A stretch of 64,000 bases of DNA from an uncultured virus (IMG/VR IMGVR_UViG_3300025902_000021). Taxonomy: Duplodnaviria; Heunggongvirae; Uroviricota; Caudoviricetes. Where the stretch lies: the IMG/VR virus record IMGVR_UViG_3300025902_000021; one strand, written 5' to 3'. Made by a program: the position numbers and the translations under genes. Below are positions 17,350 through 26,541 of this stretch, one piece after another (the first letter of the stretch is position 1; every line of letters begins with the position of its first letter). The notes beneath the pieces are model-generated. The model saw nothing but the letters and a program-made list of their open reading frames with translations, searched no databases and had not been told where the DNA came from.

Positions 17350-18311
17350 TATACAGCCCTCCGGTTAATCCACTCCATACACGCCCGTTTCCAGTCGCAG
17401 TCGGGCATTTTGAGCAGATCCTTAATGCCGTTGTCCCGCCCCTCCTTCCGTGAGAACCACGAATCCCACATTGGGATGGCGATCTCATGGAAGAAGGGAT
17501 TTTTGATCTCGGTGTAGTCACCCTCCTCCATGAAGTTTTCGAGGTCATAGAACCAGGTCTTGGGGTCGGCCACGATGGGGTAGGGGCGAACACCGTCAAA
17601 TAGGTAGGGGTCATATGTCTCCGTGGGTACATGAGCCATTAGCTCCCGCCCTTGTCCCATTTCAAGATACAGGTGGGCGTTATTGGAAAACTGACGGTAC
17701 AGCCCGACCCGCAGGTTGAGCATACTGGCTATGACTTCCTGGAGGAAGGACATATGCACAGCGTTGGCGCCGAACATCCCCCAGATAATGTCGTTGGAGC
17801 GGTTACACACCGTCATATTCAACTCCCCATCCACGATGTCGAAGTAGATATGGGTGTTGCACGGCAGGTCGTTCGACTCGGCATCGAGGTCAGCCCTGGG
17901 ATCCCACATGGCTAAGACCGCACGGCGGGTATTGGGCTCATGTTCGAGGAGGTGGATGAGATCCATCAACTGATCCGTCTTGAAGTGGCGGCGCCAGCGG
18001 TGGCCGTATGCTCCATGAAAGTGATGTTCATCGTCGCTGAACTCGCGCATCCGCTTATTGAACGCAGCGATCCACTTCACATCGTTCCGGCCTGCGAGCA
18101 TCCAGAGGCTCTCCATGAGGTGGAAGTACGGGTTGGCATCCCGTTCCGCATTGAACAGCACCCGTTCTTTGGGCTGGACGTAGGTTACCAATACCGGCTC
18201 CATGATGCGGAGGACGTCACCGCCCCGCGAGGTGTAGAGTTGGCCGCTACTCCGCATCTTCCACAACATGTCGTTGAGGCCGGTGTTCACGTTTCTGGTT
18301 GTGAGGTCCAT
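17349..18311 (-). CDS. Thymidylate synthase-fold enzyme, probable dUMP hydroxymethylase
   Basis: GAYG.RW, DQL, TRRAV, DLPCN catalytic Cys, RSND..WG...AN, NAHLY; TAATG coupling gives start 18311. Confidence 0.88.
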   Translation of the reverse strand: MDLTTRNVNTGLNDMLWKMRSSGQLYTSRGGDVLRIMEPVLVTYVQPKERVLFNAERDANPYFHLMESLWMLAGRNDVKWIAAFNKRMREFSDDEHHFHGAYGHRWRRHFKTDQLMDLIHLLEHEPNTRRAVLAMWDPRADLDAESNDLPCNTHIYFDIVDGELNMTVCNRSNDIIWGMFGANAVHMSFLQEVIASMLNLRVGLYRQFSNNAHLYLEMGQGRELMAHVPTETYDPYLFDGVRPYPIVADPKTWFYDLENFMEEGDYTEIKNPFFHEIAIPMWDSWFSRKEGRDNGIKDLLKMPDCDWKRACMEWINRRAV

Positions 18312-19084
18312 TAGTATTTGCTCCTTGCGTATCCACGCTTCCATTTAGAAAATTCGCACAGGCAGTTCTGCATATCCTGGGCGTCCACATCGATCACATC
18401 TGACACTTCCAGCCGAACCTTATTGAGCTCAGCTTGGAACTTCGGCTGGCCCCATTTAGTTCCCTGTGGGAGACCACGGAGGAGGTTCAACCCCCGCACC
18501 GATCCAGGCCCTGGGGCGCAGAAGGTGTCCCCGTCGGGGGCGTCACCAAGAACCCTTGTATGCTTGAGATCGGCCACGATCTGGGCAGCGATAAAGCTAC
18601 CAACGCGGGGGAGGTCTTGGAGGTCATGCCAAGCATTGACGCAACTATCCATATCCCACGAATCGTTTGCTGCATCGAGCGTCCTGGCCACTGACTCATA
18701 CTTGGGGGATCCATCGGATTCGGCGGTGATCATGTAGGCACCTGTCCAGACCTTCCCAGGCCGGTCAGTCAAGTGCTTCATGGTAGCTATGAACGTCGGG
18801 CGCTCTTTGCTCCAGTTGTCGATAAAGCCGATCTTGCCGAGGGTATCCGGCCAGTTGATCAACCTGCACATAATCATGTTGAGGATCATGGACGGGTGTC
18901 CATCGTAGGGGTCACGGAAGTGCTCCTTGATGTAGCGCGTCACCTTGTCATCCTCGCGGTGGACGTTACAGAAGCGGTAGGTGGCGAGCATAGGGTCCTT
19001 TGTCCATGGTCTCGGCAGGCCAGCTTCCTTCTTGACGCGGATCGCCTCACGCTCGGTGATCCAGAATTTTAGATCAGCTAACAT
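18311..19084 (-). CDS. aGPT-Pplase clade-1-like helical protein (thymine hypermodification family)
   Basis: ERE.IR.KKEAG.PRPWT.DP.L..YRFCNV.REDD.VT; GSFIAAQIVADL; PGPGS.RGL; QNCLCEFSK. Confidence 0.82.
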   Translation of the reverse strand: MLADLKFWITEREAIRVKKEAGLPRPWTKDPMLATYRFCNVHREDDKVTRYIKEHFRDPYDGHPSMILNMIMCRLINWPDTLGKIGFIDNWSKERPTFIATMKHLTDRPGKVWTGAYMITAESDGSPKYESVARTLDAANDSWDMDSCVNAWHDLQDLPRVGSFIAAQIVADLKHTRVLGDAPDGDTFCAPGPGSVRGLNLLRGLPQGTKWGQPKFQAELNKVRLEVSDVIDVDAQDMQNCLCEFSKWKRGYARSKY

Positions 19085-19643
19085 CGTGACCCCCCTCGAA
19101 CAGATCTAGCACCTGGCCGGTAGGATCACCATTCCACTCCAAGGTGACTACGTTCCGGCCCGACCAAATGAGCTTCTTCTTGAGTGCCTCTATTGGTACG
19201 ATCCGCTTGCGCGTGTTACGCTCGTTGAGGGGGGTGAGGACACCGCGCTCCTTGCGGCGCTGGATAACCCGCTCAATACAAACCTCGATGGGGGTGTTGA
19301 GGAAGGCGAAGATATGGGAGTTGCCCCACTTCTCCGTAATGGCACCCAAGCGCCCGTAGTAGGTTGATAGCAGAAGCCCCTCATAGAGTATATGTCCTTC
19401 CTCGGCGTAGTGTTCGATAAGCTCGATCTGCTTGTCAATAGATTTCACCCCATCCATCCCTCCGCACTTGTTCTCATACGGCCCCAGGATGTACAGGGGA
19501 CGCTTGAGGAACGGGTGCTCCACCTTGTATGCTTCAGGGCGCTTCACCGGCCCGATGGGGAGGATCTGACTTGCCTCATCGAAGATGTTACGCACGATAG
19601 TGGTCTTACCGGAGCCACTGGTTCCGTGGATCTTTACAATCAT
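19074..19643 (-). CDS. P-loop kinase, candidate 5-hmdU DNA kinase
   Basis: Walker A GTSGSGKTT; GPY...CGGMD; YEG; LNTPIEVCIERV..RR; adjacent to modification genes. Confidence 0.75.
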   Translation of the reverse strand: MIVKIHGTSGSGKTTIVRNIFDEASQILPIGPVKRPEAYKVEHPFLKRPLYILGPYENKCGGMDGVKSIDKQIELIEHYAEEGHILYEGLLLSTYYGRLGAITEKWGNSHIFAFLNTPIEVCIERVIQRRKERGVLTPLNERNTRKRIVPIEALKKKLIWSGRNVVTLEWNGDPTGQVLDLFEGGHDVS

Positions 19644-19674
19644 CTTGGTACTCCTACGTTGTTAATAGAGCCTT

Positions 19675-19704
19675 AACTATACCGGAAAACTAGAATCAAG
19701 GGTA
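19675..19704 (-). promoter_or_regulatory. Putative promoter of the modification cassette (motif shared with 25706-25735)
   Basis: Minus strand TTACCCTTGATTCTAGTTTTCCGGTATAGT. Confidence 0.6.
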
Positions 19705-21050
19705 ATATTTTTCTTGTAATCCTCAATAGCCTTGAACAGATCCTCTTGCTCCCGCCCCTTCTCAGCTAGCACCTTCAAGACCTTGGCGTCCATAGTCTTT
19801 TCGCCGATGAGGTAGTGGATTACTACCCGAGCGTTCTTTTGACCTTGGCGATATACCCGAGCGTTGGCTTGGTCGTGAAGGTATAGATCCCACGGCGGGC
19901 ACATCCAGAGGATGTTAGAGCAAGCGCCCTGGAGATTAAGGCCGACCCCAACTGTCTTAGGATGGCCAATCAATACTGGGATTGTACCCTCGTTAAATCT
20001 CTTGATAAGCTCGTCGGGGGGCTTAGTCCGGGTAAGGTTGGGGACGCCCCCTAGCGCCGTTTGTATACGCTCCTCATCGTGGTTAAACTCGTAGAAGATT
20101 AGAAGCGGGGTGCCATTGAGATCTTCCACGATCCCCTTCAGGGCGTTGATCTTTTCATAGTGTATATGCTCTACGCCATCCTCGGTGTACAGGCCTCCAT
20201 TCGATATTTGACGACATCTACCCCCAGCCACGGCCGCGTTTGGGGAGGCTACCTTTTCACCACTCCCAAGGATAGCCAGAAACTCCTTCTCCATTGCCTT
20301 GTATATCTTGAAGGCTGGAGGTGGAAGGATAACGCTTATGGGGTTGATGATAAGGTCGGGCATGTCGATATTGTCCCGCGCCGACATGCGCATTACCAAT
20401 GGGGCGATCCGGCGGAACAGGATGTCCTTGTAGTGGGGGATGACCTTGTAGCTGTAGCCCGACCGATCTGGGACGCAGAACTCGTTGCGGAAGTGGGTTA
20501 TATAATGACCGAGAGACTTTCCTTGGTCAAGGATGTAGATCTGACTCCAGATGTCTTCCAGGCCGTTTGGAGAGGGGGTGCCGGTGAGGATCCACCTGTA
20601 CTTGAATTCGCCTAGCCCTTTCTTTATTGCCTTGAACCGTTGGGAGGCGGGGTTTTTCCACTCCGCCGACTCATCAATTAGCAGGAGGTCATAATCACCC
20701 CCGAAGAACGTACCACGCTTCAACCATGGAAGTGCCGACTCGGGGTTGATAGCGTGGATGAGCGCCCCCTTGACTGATGTTGGCGGTAGTCTGCTCTCAT
20801 GCAGGTTGTGGTAGGTCAATCCTTCAAAGTCACCCCACTTCTCGATCTCATTGGGCCATACAGTGTAGAGTGCGCGGATGGGGGCGATGAGGAGCACTTT
20901 CTTGATGAACCCCGCCTCGGACAACTGTTTTATCGCGAACAGGCTGATGGAGGTCTTCCCCAACCCCATGTCGAGGAACAGACCTGCATAGCGGTTCTTC
21001 AGCAGGAACTCAATTGCTTCCAGTTGGTACTTGTGCGGCGTATAGCGCAT
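19677..21050 (-). CDS. SNF2-family helicase
   Basis: LFLDMGLGKT, IDES, LTGTPSPN, GVGLNLQ, QANARVYRQGQ. Confidence 0.93.
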   Translation of the reverse strand: MRYTPHKYQLEAIEFLLKNRYAGLFLDMGLGKTSISLFAIKQLSEAGFIKKVLLIAPIRALYTVWPNEIEKWGDFEGLTYHNLHESRLPPTSVKGALIHAINPESALPWLKRGTFFGGDYDLLLIDESAEWKNPASQRFKAIKKGLGEFKYRWILTGTPSPNGLEDIWSQIYILDQGKSLGHYITHFRNEFCVPDRSGYSYKVIPHYKDILFRRIAPLVMRMSARDNIDMPDLIINPISVILPPPAFKIYKAMEKEFLAILGSGEKVASPNAAVAGGRCRQISNGGLYTEDGVEHIHYEKINALKGIVEDLNGTPLLIFYEFNHDEERIQTALGGVPNLTRTKPPDELIKRFNEGTIPVLIGHPKTVGVGLNLQGACSNILWMCPPWDLYLHDQANARVYRQGQKNARVVIHYLIGEKTMDAKVLKVLAEKGREQEDLFKAIEDYKKNITLDSSFPV

Positions 21051-21345
21051 CACGTTCCTCCTTGAATTTATCCAGGATATAGCAAGCATCGATCAAATTG
21101 TCCACGACGAAGATGCGAATATGCTGCTTCCTCAATTTCTCGTGGATATGTAGCTGCATCGCCCTGGGCTTTTCCTTCGCAGCTTTGTACTCTACAAAGA
21201 TGGTCTCGCCACGGTAGCAGTACAGCCGATCTGGCCAGCCGATCTGCCCCTTGACGTTGAGCTTCAAGGACAACATGCCCAGCTTGAGTGCGTGAGCAGT
21301 TGCCTTCGTCTCGATGCGACTTTCTAGGTCAGAAGTCCCACTCAC
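21010..21345 (-). CDS. VRR-NUC nuclease
   Basis: LESRIE...GWPDRL...FVEYK....PR..Q; start approximate. Confidence 0.85.
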   Translation of the reverse strand: MSGTSDLESRIETKATAHALKLGMLSLKLNVKGQIGWPDRLYCYRGETIFVEYKAAKEKPRAMQLHIHEKLRKQHIRIFVVDNLIDACYILDKFKEERDALYAAQVPTGSN

Positions 21346-21994
21346 ACTCGCCACCTTTGGACTTCTTGTAGGAGCACCACTTACATGCCTCATTGGACGG
21401 CGTGGCGGGGAACTCTTTTGCTTCATACAGCTTGTCCCACCGACCCTTCCATACTTGTTGGAGGAATGGCTCCAAGGCGCGGGGGTAGGCGGTATGGGCA
21501 CCCTCACCCTCCAAGTAGATGGGGGCCACTACAGCCTCCACCACCTCGGGGTAGCGCATAAGCCCCAAGACCGCATACGCCTCCAGCTGATCATAGTGGG
21601 AATTGCCAGGCCGACCCGTCTTGAGGTCGCGGATATGCAAGATGCCATCTTCGATCCAGTGGATATCCACGATAGCCTTGAAGGTCGTGTCGGGTGTCTC
21701 CTCGTCTTGGAACTCCCAGGTGTCATCGCGGATGAGCCAGATTTCCTCAGCCTTGGCGCCCTTCTCTTTAACCTCTTCCAGGAGTGGCCGGATGCGCATG
21801 AAGTCCACCGACAGCGCCGTGGCCGGAATCTCTCCCTTCAAGAAACGCTCACAGGCCAAGTGGAGGCGTGTACCCTTTGCCGCGGCAGGGCCGGCTGCGT
21901 AGTTGATCTTGTCGATGTAGGAGAGCTTGTACTTCAGAGGGCAGTCCTCAAACTTCGTGAGGGCTGAGTAGCTCGTGCGTGGGATATCAATCAT
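21329..21994 (-). CDS. PD-(D/E)xK Cas4/RecB-like exonuclease
   Basis: SYSAL..FEDCP; GTRLH; IVD...IRDLKTG; QL..Y; CKWCSY.....C. Confidence 0.88.
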   Translation of the reverse strand: MIDIPRTSYSALTKFEDCPLKYKLSYIDKINYAAGPAAAKGTRLHLACERFLKGEIPATALSVDFMRIRPLLEEVKEKGAKAEEIWLIRDDTWEFQDEETPDTTFKAIVDIHWIEDGILHIRDLKTGRPGNSHYDQLEAYAVLGLMRYPEVVEAVVAPIYLEGEGAHTAYPRALEPFLQQVWKGRWDKLYEAKEFPATPSNEACKWCSYKKSKGGECEWDF

Positions 21995-23811
21995 AGTTCC
22001 TCCATTTCGTACCAGTTGGGGCCATATTCGACCGTTGCGCGCATAGGGATATCAAACTCCCCCTTCTCCATTGCAGCTTTCAGAATGGCGACCTCGGACT
22101 TGAGATGCTTCTTCGAAACGCTGATACAGATTTCGTCATGTACCGTAGCCAGGAACCGTCCATGCTTCTTGGTATTATGGTACTCGATGATCGCTTGCTT
22201 CGTCTGATCCGCAGAGCTTCCCTGGATCAAGTAGTTGAGAAGCACGTAGTCCTTGTTCCAGATACGCCCATTCCGCCCCATTTCGGGTGGGGGAGCATAT
22301 AGCAGGCGACCGCCCCATGAGCGCACTGGCTCCTTCTGGGAGGCGCGGAACTCAACTTGATCCATGAACTCCTGGACGCCCGTAAGGGTGCGCATATATG
22401 ACGACCGAATCTTCGCAGCCTCGGAGGTGGAGACCCCCATACGCTCGGCCATCGTCTTGACCCCCGCCCCGTACAGGATGGAGAAGGCCACGACCTTGGT
22501 ATGCTTACGACTTAGGGCCAGCCCCGTATTGTCGGAGATGATGTCAGCTGCTACCTGGTGAATATCCGCAGCCGGATCGTTGTCGTAGATGTACTTGATC
22601 GCCCCCTCAGCGAAGTGGCCAAGCATGCGGATTTCCTGGGAGTGGAAGTCAGCTGACACGAACACCTCGCCTGGGTCGGGGAGTACATATACCCGCATAT
22701 GGGGCAGCTCCGGCAACTCCTCGGGTGCTTTGATCTTGAACTCGGTAGGGATGTTCTGGAAGTTGGGATCAGACGATGACAAGCGACCTGTCAGCGCCCC
22801 ATTCTGGTCACCTTTGACTTGATTCCACCGCGGATGGAGAATGCCGCCGGTTAGCAGGCCTTTCTCATACCAAGGTTTCATGAACGTGCCGAGCAGGGTC
22901 GACAGCGCCCCACGGTAGGCAAGAAGGTGAAACAGCTCGGGGTCGGTGATGACTTTCTCAAGTACATCACGTGCGGTCGATAGCTTGCCTGTTGGCGTTT
23001 TAGGCCAGTCGTCATCATCGACTGTCATGTCCACAGCCTTCGCCGCCATGGCCAGTTGGACGCCAGAGCTGATCTTGAACTCGGGATTATCCTCCTGCTC
23101 CAAGATTACCAGGATGCGGTGCTCGACCTCAGCGAATGCTTCCTCGTAGATGGCGATGTCTTTCTCCAGCCTGGGCATGTCGACGTGGATCCCCTCCAAC
23201 TCACTTTGGGTCAGGATCGGGGCCAGCTGCCGCTCACGGTCATAGGCTTCAACCATCCCGCTGGCCTCGATTTTGGGATAGAGTAGGTCATAGAGTAGTT
23301 TGGTGCGGAGGGTATCACCGCCCGCATAGGTGCCGACTAGGTCACCTGGGGCATCCGCGATATGGGCGCCCCACTTCTTCGTGTTGGAGGGAACTATTCC
23401 ATTGTGTACGAGCCAGTCTCTCACCGCGGTCTGCTCGTCAGGAGGGAGGTCGAGCAACCGATCAGCGCTGGGTTTGAGGCCCAGGGGCGACAGGGGGTCA
23501 TTGAGGAACAGGAGGTACATCGTATCGTGGATGCGATCCCACGACCCCCAGCTAGTCACGACCTCGGGGAACCATTTCATCAGAACCGCCATGTCGAAGC
23601 GGGCGTTCTGGCAGCACAAGGCATGGCCAGAGTCCCACATCCATTTGAGGAAGTAGCTGGCAGCCTCCTTGGTACAATTGTTCTCCGTAGGGTGACCCCA
23701 GGCTAAGTAGCAGGCTGGGAAATCATCGAGTTGAATGGAAACACCCACCGGCTCGGGTGGGTAGTTTGGGTACGGCTCAATGGCCGCAGTTTCAAAGTCA
23801 AAGGTTATCAT
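21991..23811 (-). CDS. DNA polymerase family A with 3'-5' exonuclease
   Basis: DFET exo I; TGRLSSSDPNFQNIP; ADFHSQEIR; RKHTKVVAFSILYG; NYLIQGSSAD; VHDEI. Confidence 0.95.
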   Translation of the reverse strand: MITFDFETAAIEPYPNYPPEPVGVSIQLDDFPACYLAWGHPTENNCTKEAASYFLKWMWDSGHALCCQNARFDMAVLMKWFPEVVTSWGSWDRIHDTMYLLFLNDPLSPLGLKPSADRLLDLPPDEQTAVRDWLVHNGIVPSNTKKWGAHIADAPGDLVGTYAGGDTLRTKLLYDLLYPKIEASGMVEAYDRERQLAPILTQSELEGIHVDMPRLEKDIAIYEEAFAEVEHRILVILEQEDNPEFKISSGVQLAMAAKAVDMTVDDDDWPKTPTGKLSTARDVLEKVITDPELFHLLAYRGALSTLLGTFMKPWYEKGLLTGGILHPRWNQVKGDQNGALTGRLSSSDPNFQNIPTEFKIKAPEELPELPHMRVYVLPDPGEVFVSADFHSQEIRMLGHFAEGAIKYIYDNDPAADIHQVAADIISDNTGLALSRKHTKVVAFSILYGAGVKTMAERMGVSTSEAAKIRSSYMRTLTGVQEFMDQVEFRASQKEPVRSWGGRLLYAPPPEMGRNGRIWNKDYVLLNYLIQGSSADQTKQAIIEYHNTKKHGRFLATVHDEICISVSKKHLKSEVAILKAAMEKGEFDIPMRATVEYGPNWYEMEEL

Positions 23812-23841
23812 CTCTGCCTATGCGTAGTCGTAGGATCGTTT

Positions 23842-23870
23842 GAAAGGGGGAGGGCGAACCCTACCCCCTA
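23842..23870 (-). terminator. Hairpin/terminator between SSB-like gene and polymerase
   Basis: Minus strand GGGGTAGGG-TTCG-CCCTCCCC followed by CTTT. Confidence 0.6.
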
Positions 23871-23879
23871 CCCGAGTTG

Positions 23880-24623
23880 CTAGAACTTACCCTTGCCCTT
23901 CGCAGGGGGTGCTACGGGCGTTTCCTCGGGGGTATTAACCCCGTTATCGAACAGAAGCTCGGTCTGCATACGCTCAACAAGGGGCATGACCGCCTCCAGA
24001 TGCTGGTCGTCCAGCAGGCCGGAGAACTTGAAGTTCACCTTGAACTGAGACACCTTGTCCGGCACTGTGGACATCTCGGTGATGACGCCGAACGGGGGAC
24101 GCTTCACAACGTTGCCGATCTGCTGGACGTATTTGTTCCAGTTCTTCCCAGAAGTGACGGGGATGCGGGCGAACAGGAAGTCAGCCTGGGCCAGCTCCTC
24201 GGGGTCGTTCGGCATGATCACCATACCGAGGCGCATCGTGTTCTTGCACGCCTTGCCCTTGCCGCCCTTCGGGTCAGACTCCCACTCGTTGTTCGGGCAG
24301 GTGGCGCAGCCGCCCTCGTGGAATAGGTGGGTCACCTTCCCAGGGATGGGGGCCATGGAGTCCTCGTTGTAGCCCACAGCCCAGCAGTCGGCCGACACGA
24401 CCTTTTTGGGGTCATAGGCGTTGGGGAACCACTGGTTCTCGTGGGCGAAGCCCAGGACGATCACATTGACCTTGTTACCGGCCGCAGGCTGATCGTTGAA
24501 CGAGAGGACGCCAGACTTGAACGAGATCAGCTTGGCCTCGGTCTTGGTTGCTTCGACTGCCTTCTTAGCAGCGGCTTCCATCAGGGCCTTGAAGTCGATG
24601 GGGGTTGCGATTTCAGTTGTCAT
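23880..24623 (-). CDS. Putative ssDNA-binding/annealing protein
   Basis: Position upstream of polymerase; C..CP.N.W.S...GKGKACKN motif. Confidence 0.6.
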   Translation of the reverse strand: MTTEIATPIDFKALMEAAAKKAVEATKTEAKLISFKSGVLSFNDQPAAGNKVNVIVLGFAHENQWFPNAYDPKKVVSADCWAVGYNEDSMAPIPGKVTHLFHEGGCATCPNNEWESDPKGGKGKACKNTMRLGMVIMPNDPEELAQADFLFARIPVTSGKNWNKYVQQIGNVVKRPPFGVITEMSTVPDKVSQFKVNFKFSGLLDDQHLEAVMPLVERMQTELLFDNGVNTPEETPVAPPAKGKGKF

Positions 24624-24647
24624 GCTTAGTGCTCCGTCAGTTAGTGA

Positions 24648-25019
24648 TTAGGATTTGCCCAGGGTTGCCTTGGTTTCCAGGACGCGGGCCACGCCAGGAA
24701 CCTCATTGCCCTCTTGCCAGCGCTCACGCACCCCAGTCAGGGACACGCGGCGTTGGAGGAGGTCAAATGATCCAGTTTCTTTAATGTATGCATACAGGTC
24801 GGGGTAGCTCGTGACCTCGGCAGATTCGATCATGCCGAGCTTCAGCTTTCCATGATCGCCATGGACTTCTTGCAGCTCCAGCTCCTCCATTTCGGAGGCC
24901 AGAGCAGCCACGAGGCCATCTTCCTTGGCCTTCATCATGTCCACCTTCTTCTGGATGGACAAGCGTTCTTGGCGGAGGTCGAACACTTCGTCGATACGTT
25001 CTTGAAGGGTCAGGTCCAT
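24648..25019 (-). CDS. Conserved phage replication-region protein (coiled coil)
   Basis: DLYAYIKETGSFDLLQRRVS...VPGV motif; GGGGA RBS. Confidence 0.65.
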   Translation of the reverse strand: MDLTLQERIDEVFDLRQERLSIQKKVDMMKAKEDGLVAALASEMEELELQEVHGDHGKLKLGMIESAEVTSYPDLYAYIKETGSFDLLQRRVSLTGVRERWQEGNEVPGVARVLETKATLGKS

Positions 25020-25020
25020 G

Positions 25021-25329
25021 TTATTCCCCATACTTTTGGTAGATGTCGTCGACAGCACTGAGCAAGAGCTTGTAGTGCATATTGTCTTTCTGGGGCAGGA
25101 GGAACAGATTGTGGGGGAAGTCACGGTCATCGGGATACATCGCATTCTCGATGAGCATCTTCCAGTGCTTGTCGAAGTCCTCATCCGGCACGGCGTTTAT
25201 GCGCAGCATAGCCAGATTGGAGGTGAGCCGCCCGTAGTCGTGGGCCGAGGGCTTGTCAGGGAAAATTCCAAGCTCTTTCACGATGTAGATGGCTTGCTCG
25301 ATGATGGAGGGGGGAAGCGGATTACTCAT
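25021..25329 (-). CDS. Hypothetical protein
   Basis: AAGGAG RBS; in operon. Confidence 0.6.
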   Translation of the reverse strand: MSNPLPPSIIEQAIYIVKELGIFPDKPSAHDYGRLTSNLAMLRINAVPDEDFDKHWKMLIENAMYPDDRDFPHNLFLLPQKDNMHYKLLLSAVDDIYQKYGE

Positions 25330-25447
25330 GAAAGAACTCCTTGATTTGGCGGGCTACATCGTTGAAGGCGTCGATGAGGTAGGCACCGACATAGAGAAGG
25401 GCAAGGGCGACGAAGGTCACGACCCATAGGTGGAGGATGAAGCTCAT
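25322..25447 (-). CDS. Small membrane peptide (41 aa, not in ORF track)
   Basis: MSFILHLWVVTFVALALLYVGAYLIDAF..; GGAGG RBS; ATGA overlap. Confidence 0.55.
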   Translation of the reverse strand: MSFILHLWVVTFVALALLYVGAYLIDAFNDVARQIKEFFHE

Positions 25448-25662
25448 ACGATCCTCCGATCAATCAGGCCGAAGTTGCAAAGGGGTTTGCCGTCGTACTG
25501 GATAGAGCTGCCGAGGGGCATGAAGGTCGGCGCGTCGATAGGCATCGGACGCTCATCGTAGTCTGACCACTCCGGTTGGAGGTCTTTGCCCAGAACGGGC
25601 TGGGCGGCGGTACGGGCGAGGGCACCCGAGCACGCTACGTGGCGTTGGTATTCAGATCTCAT
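25444..25662 (-). CDS. Hypothetical early protein
   Basis: First ORF behind the 25706-25735 promoter; GGAG RBS. Confidence 0.55.
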   Translation of the reverse strand: MRSEYQRHVACSGALARTAAQPVLGKDLQPEWSDYDERPMPIDAPTFMPLGSSIQYDGKPLCNFGLIDRRIV

Positions 25663-25705
25663 CTAAGTCACTCCGTGGTATCTGGGACTTACCCCAGGGA
25701 ACCCC

Positions 25706-25735
25706 TATTATACCGGAAATCTACGACCAAGGGTA
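25706..25735 (-). promoter_or_regulatory. Putative leftward promoter
   Basis: Minus strand TTACCCTTGGTCGTAGATTTCCGGTATAAT; 25/30 identical to 19675-19704. Confidence 0.65.
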
Positions 25736-25854
25736 ACTAAATTTCGACTTAGGCACTCTCGATGTCCTAGCCTTTGGCTAGCGGCACTCTCGCGCGCGCG
25801 CGCGTATACGTAATATAGCACAACTATGCTGAAATACACGAAAAATAGTTAGAA

Positions 25855-25888
25855 AATGCCTTTACTTTTCATCGTGATAGGTTATACT
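25855..25888 (+). promoter_or_regulatory. Putative rightward promoter
   Basis: AATGCC-TTTACT-N16-TATACT; motif recurs near 29762-29796 (-) and 30287 (+). Confidence 0.65.
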
Positions 25889-25939
25889 TGAGCCATAGAT
25901 CGGGGTTGGCCTGGTCTAATTTCCTCCAAGGAGAATTTT

Positions 25940-26329
25940 ATGAGCAAGTTGAATCTGGTTTCCGCCGATGGCAAGCGTATTGGTCTGGTCGAGCACGTGA
26001 TGCGCAAGGTCGGCGACGACATCCAAGTCACCATCGACGGTGTTACCGGCCTGGCCCGCACGAATGCCAAGCGCAACCTGACCTACGTCACGGTTGGAGA
26101 TGTGGCCATGCGTGTACCGACCGTGCTGGAAGACGGCGCGGAATTCACCACCGAAGAGTGGACTCCCAAGACCAAGCCGGTCGAACTGGATGCCGATGGC
26201 AACCCGATCAAGAAGGAACGCAAGCCGCGTGCCCCGAAGGCAGAAGTGGTTGATCCGGAAACCGGCGAAGTGGTCGCCAAGCCGAAGAAGGCCCGCAAGC
26301 CCAAGGTTGAGGAAGCTGAAGCTGCCTAA
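25940..26329 (+). CDS. Small beta-rich protein with Lys/Glu-rich tail (paralogue of 29353-29718)
   Basis: AAGGAG RBS; own promoter and terminator; RKVG..IDGV..N..RNLTY motif. Confidence 0.75.
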   Translation: MSKLNLVSADGKRIGLVEHVMRKVGDDIQVTIDGVTGLARTNAKRNLTYVTVGDVAMRVPTVLEDGAEFTTEEWTPKTKPVELDADGNPIKKERKPRAPKAEVVDPETGEVVAKPKKARKPKVEEAEAA

Positions 26330-26348
26330 CTGACTGTCCAGAAATATA

Positions 26349-26380
26349 AATACCCTCGCAACTCGCGGGGGTATTTTTTT
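26349..26380 (+). terminator. Rho-independent terminator
   Basis: AATACCCTCGC-AACTC-GCGGGGGTATT followed by T run. Confidence 0.8.
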
Positions 26381-26541
26381 GTCAAGAGAACCAGCGTATA
26401 ATAGAGGCTCGTGTCAAAAGAAAGCCCCCCACCGATGGTCAATTCAGTGGGGGGCAAGGCGTCCAAGGAGAGAAGGACTCACACCAGAGTCATAATTCTA
26501 CCTTGGATTTATTGCGAAGTAAAGTCAATTCGAGGTTTATT

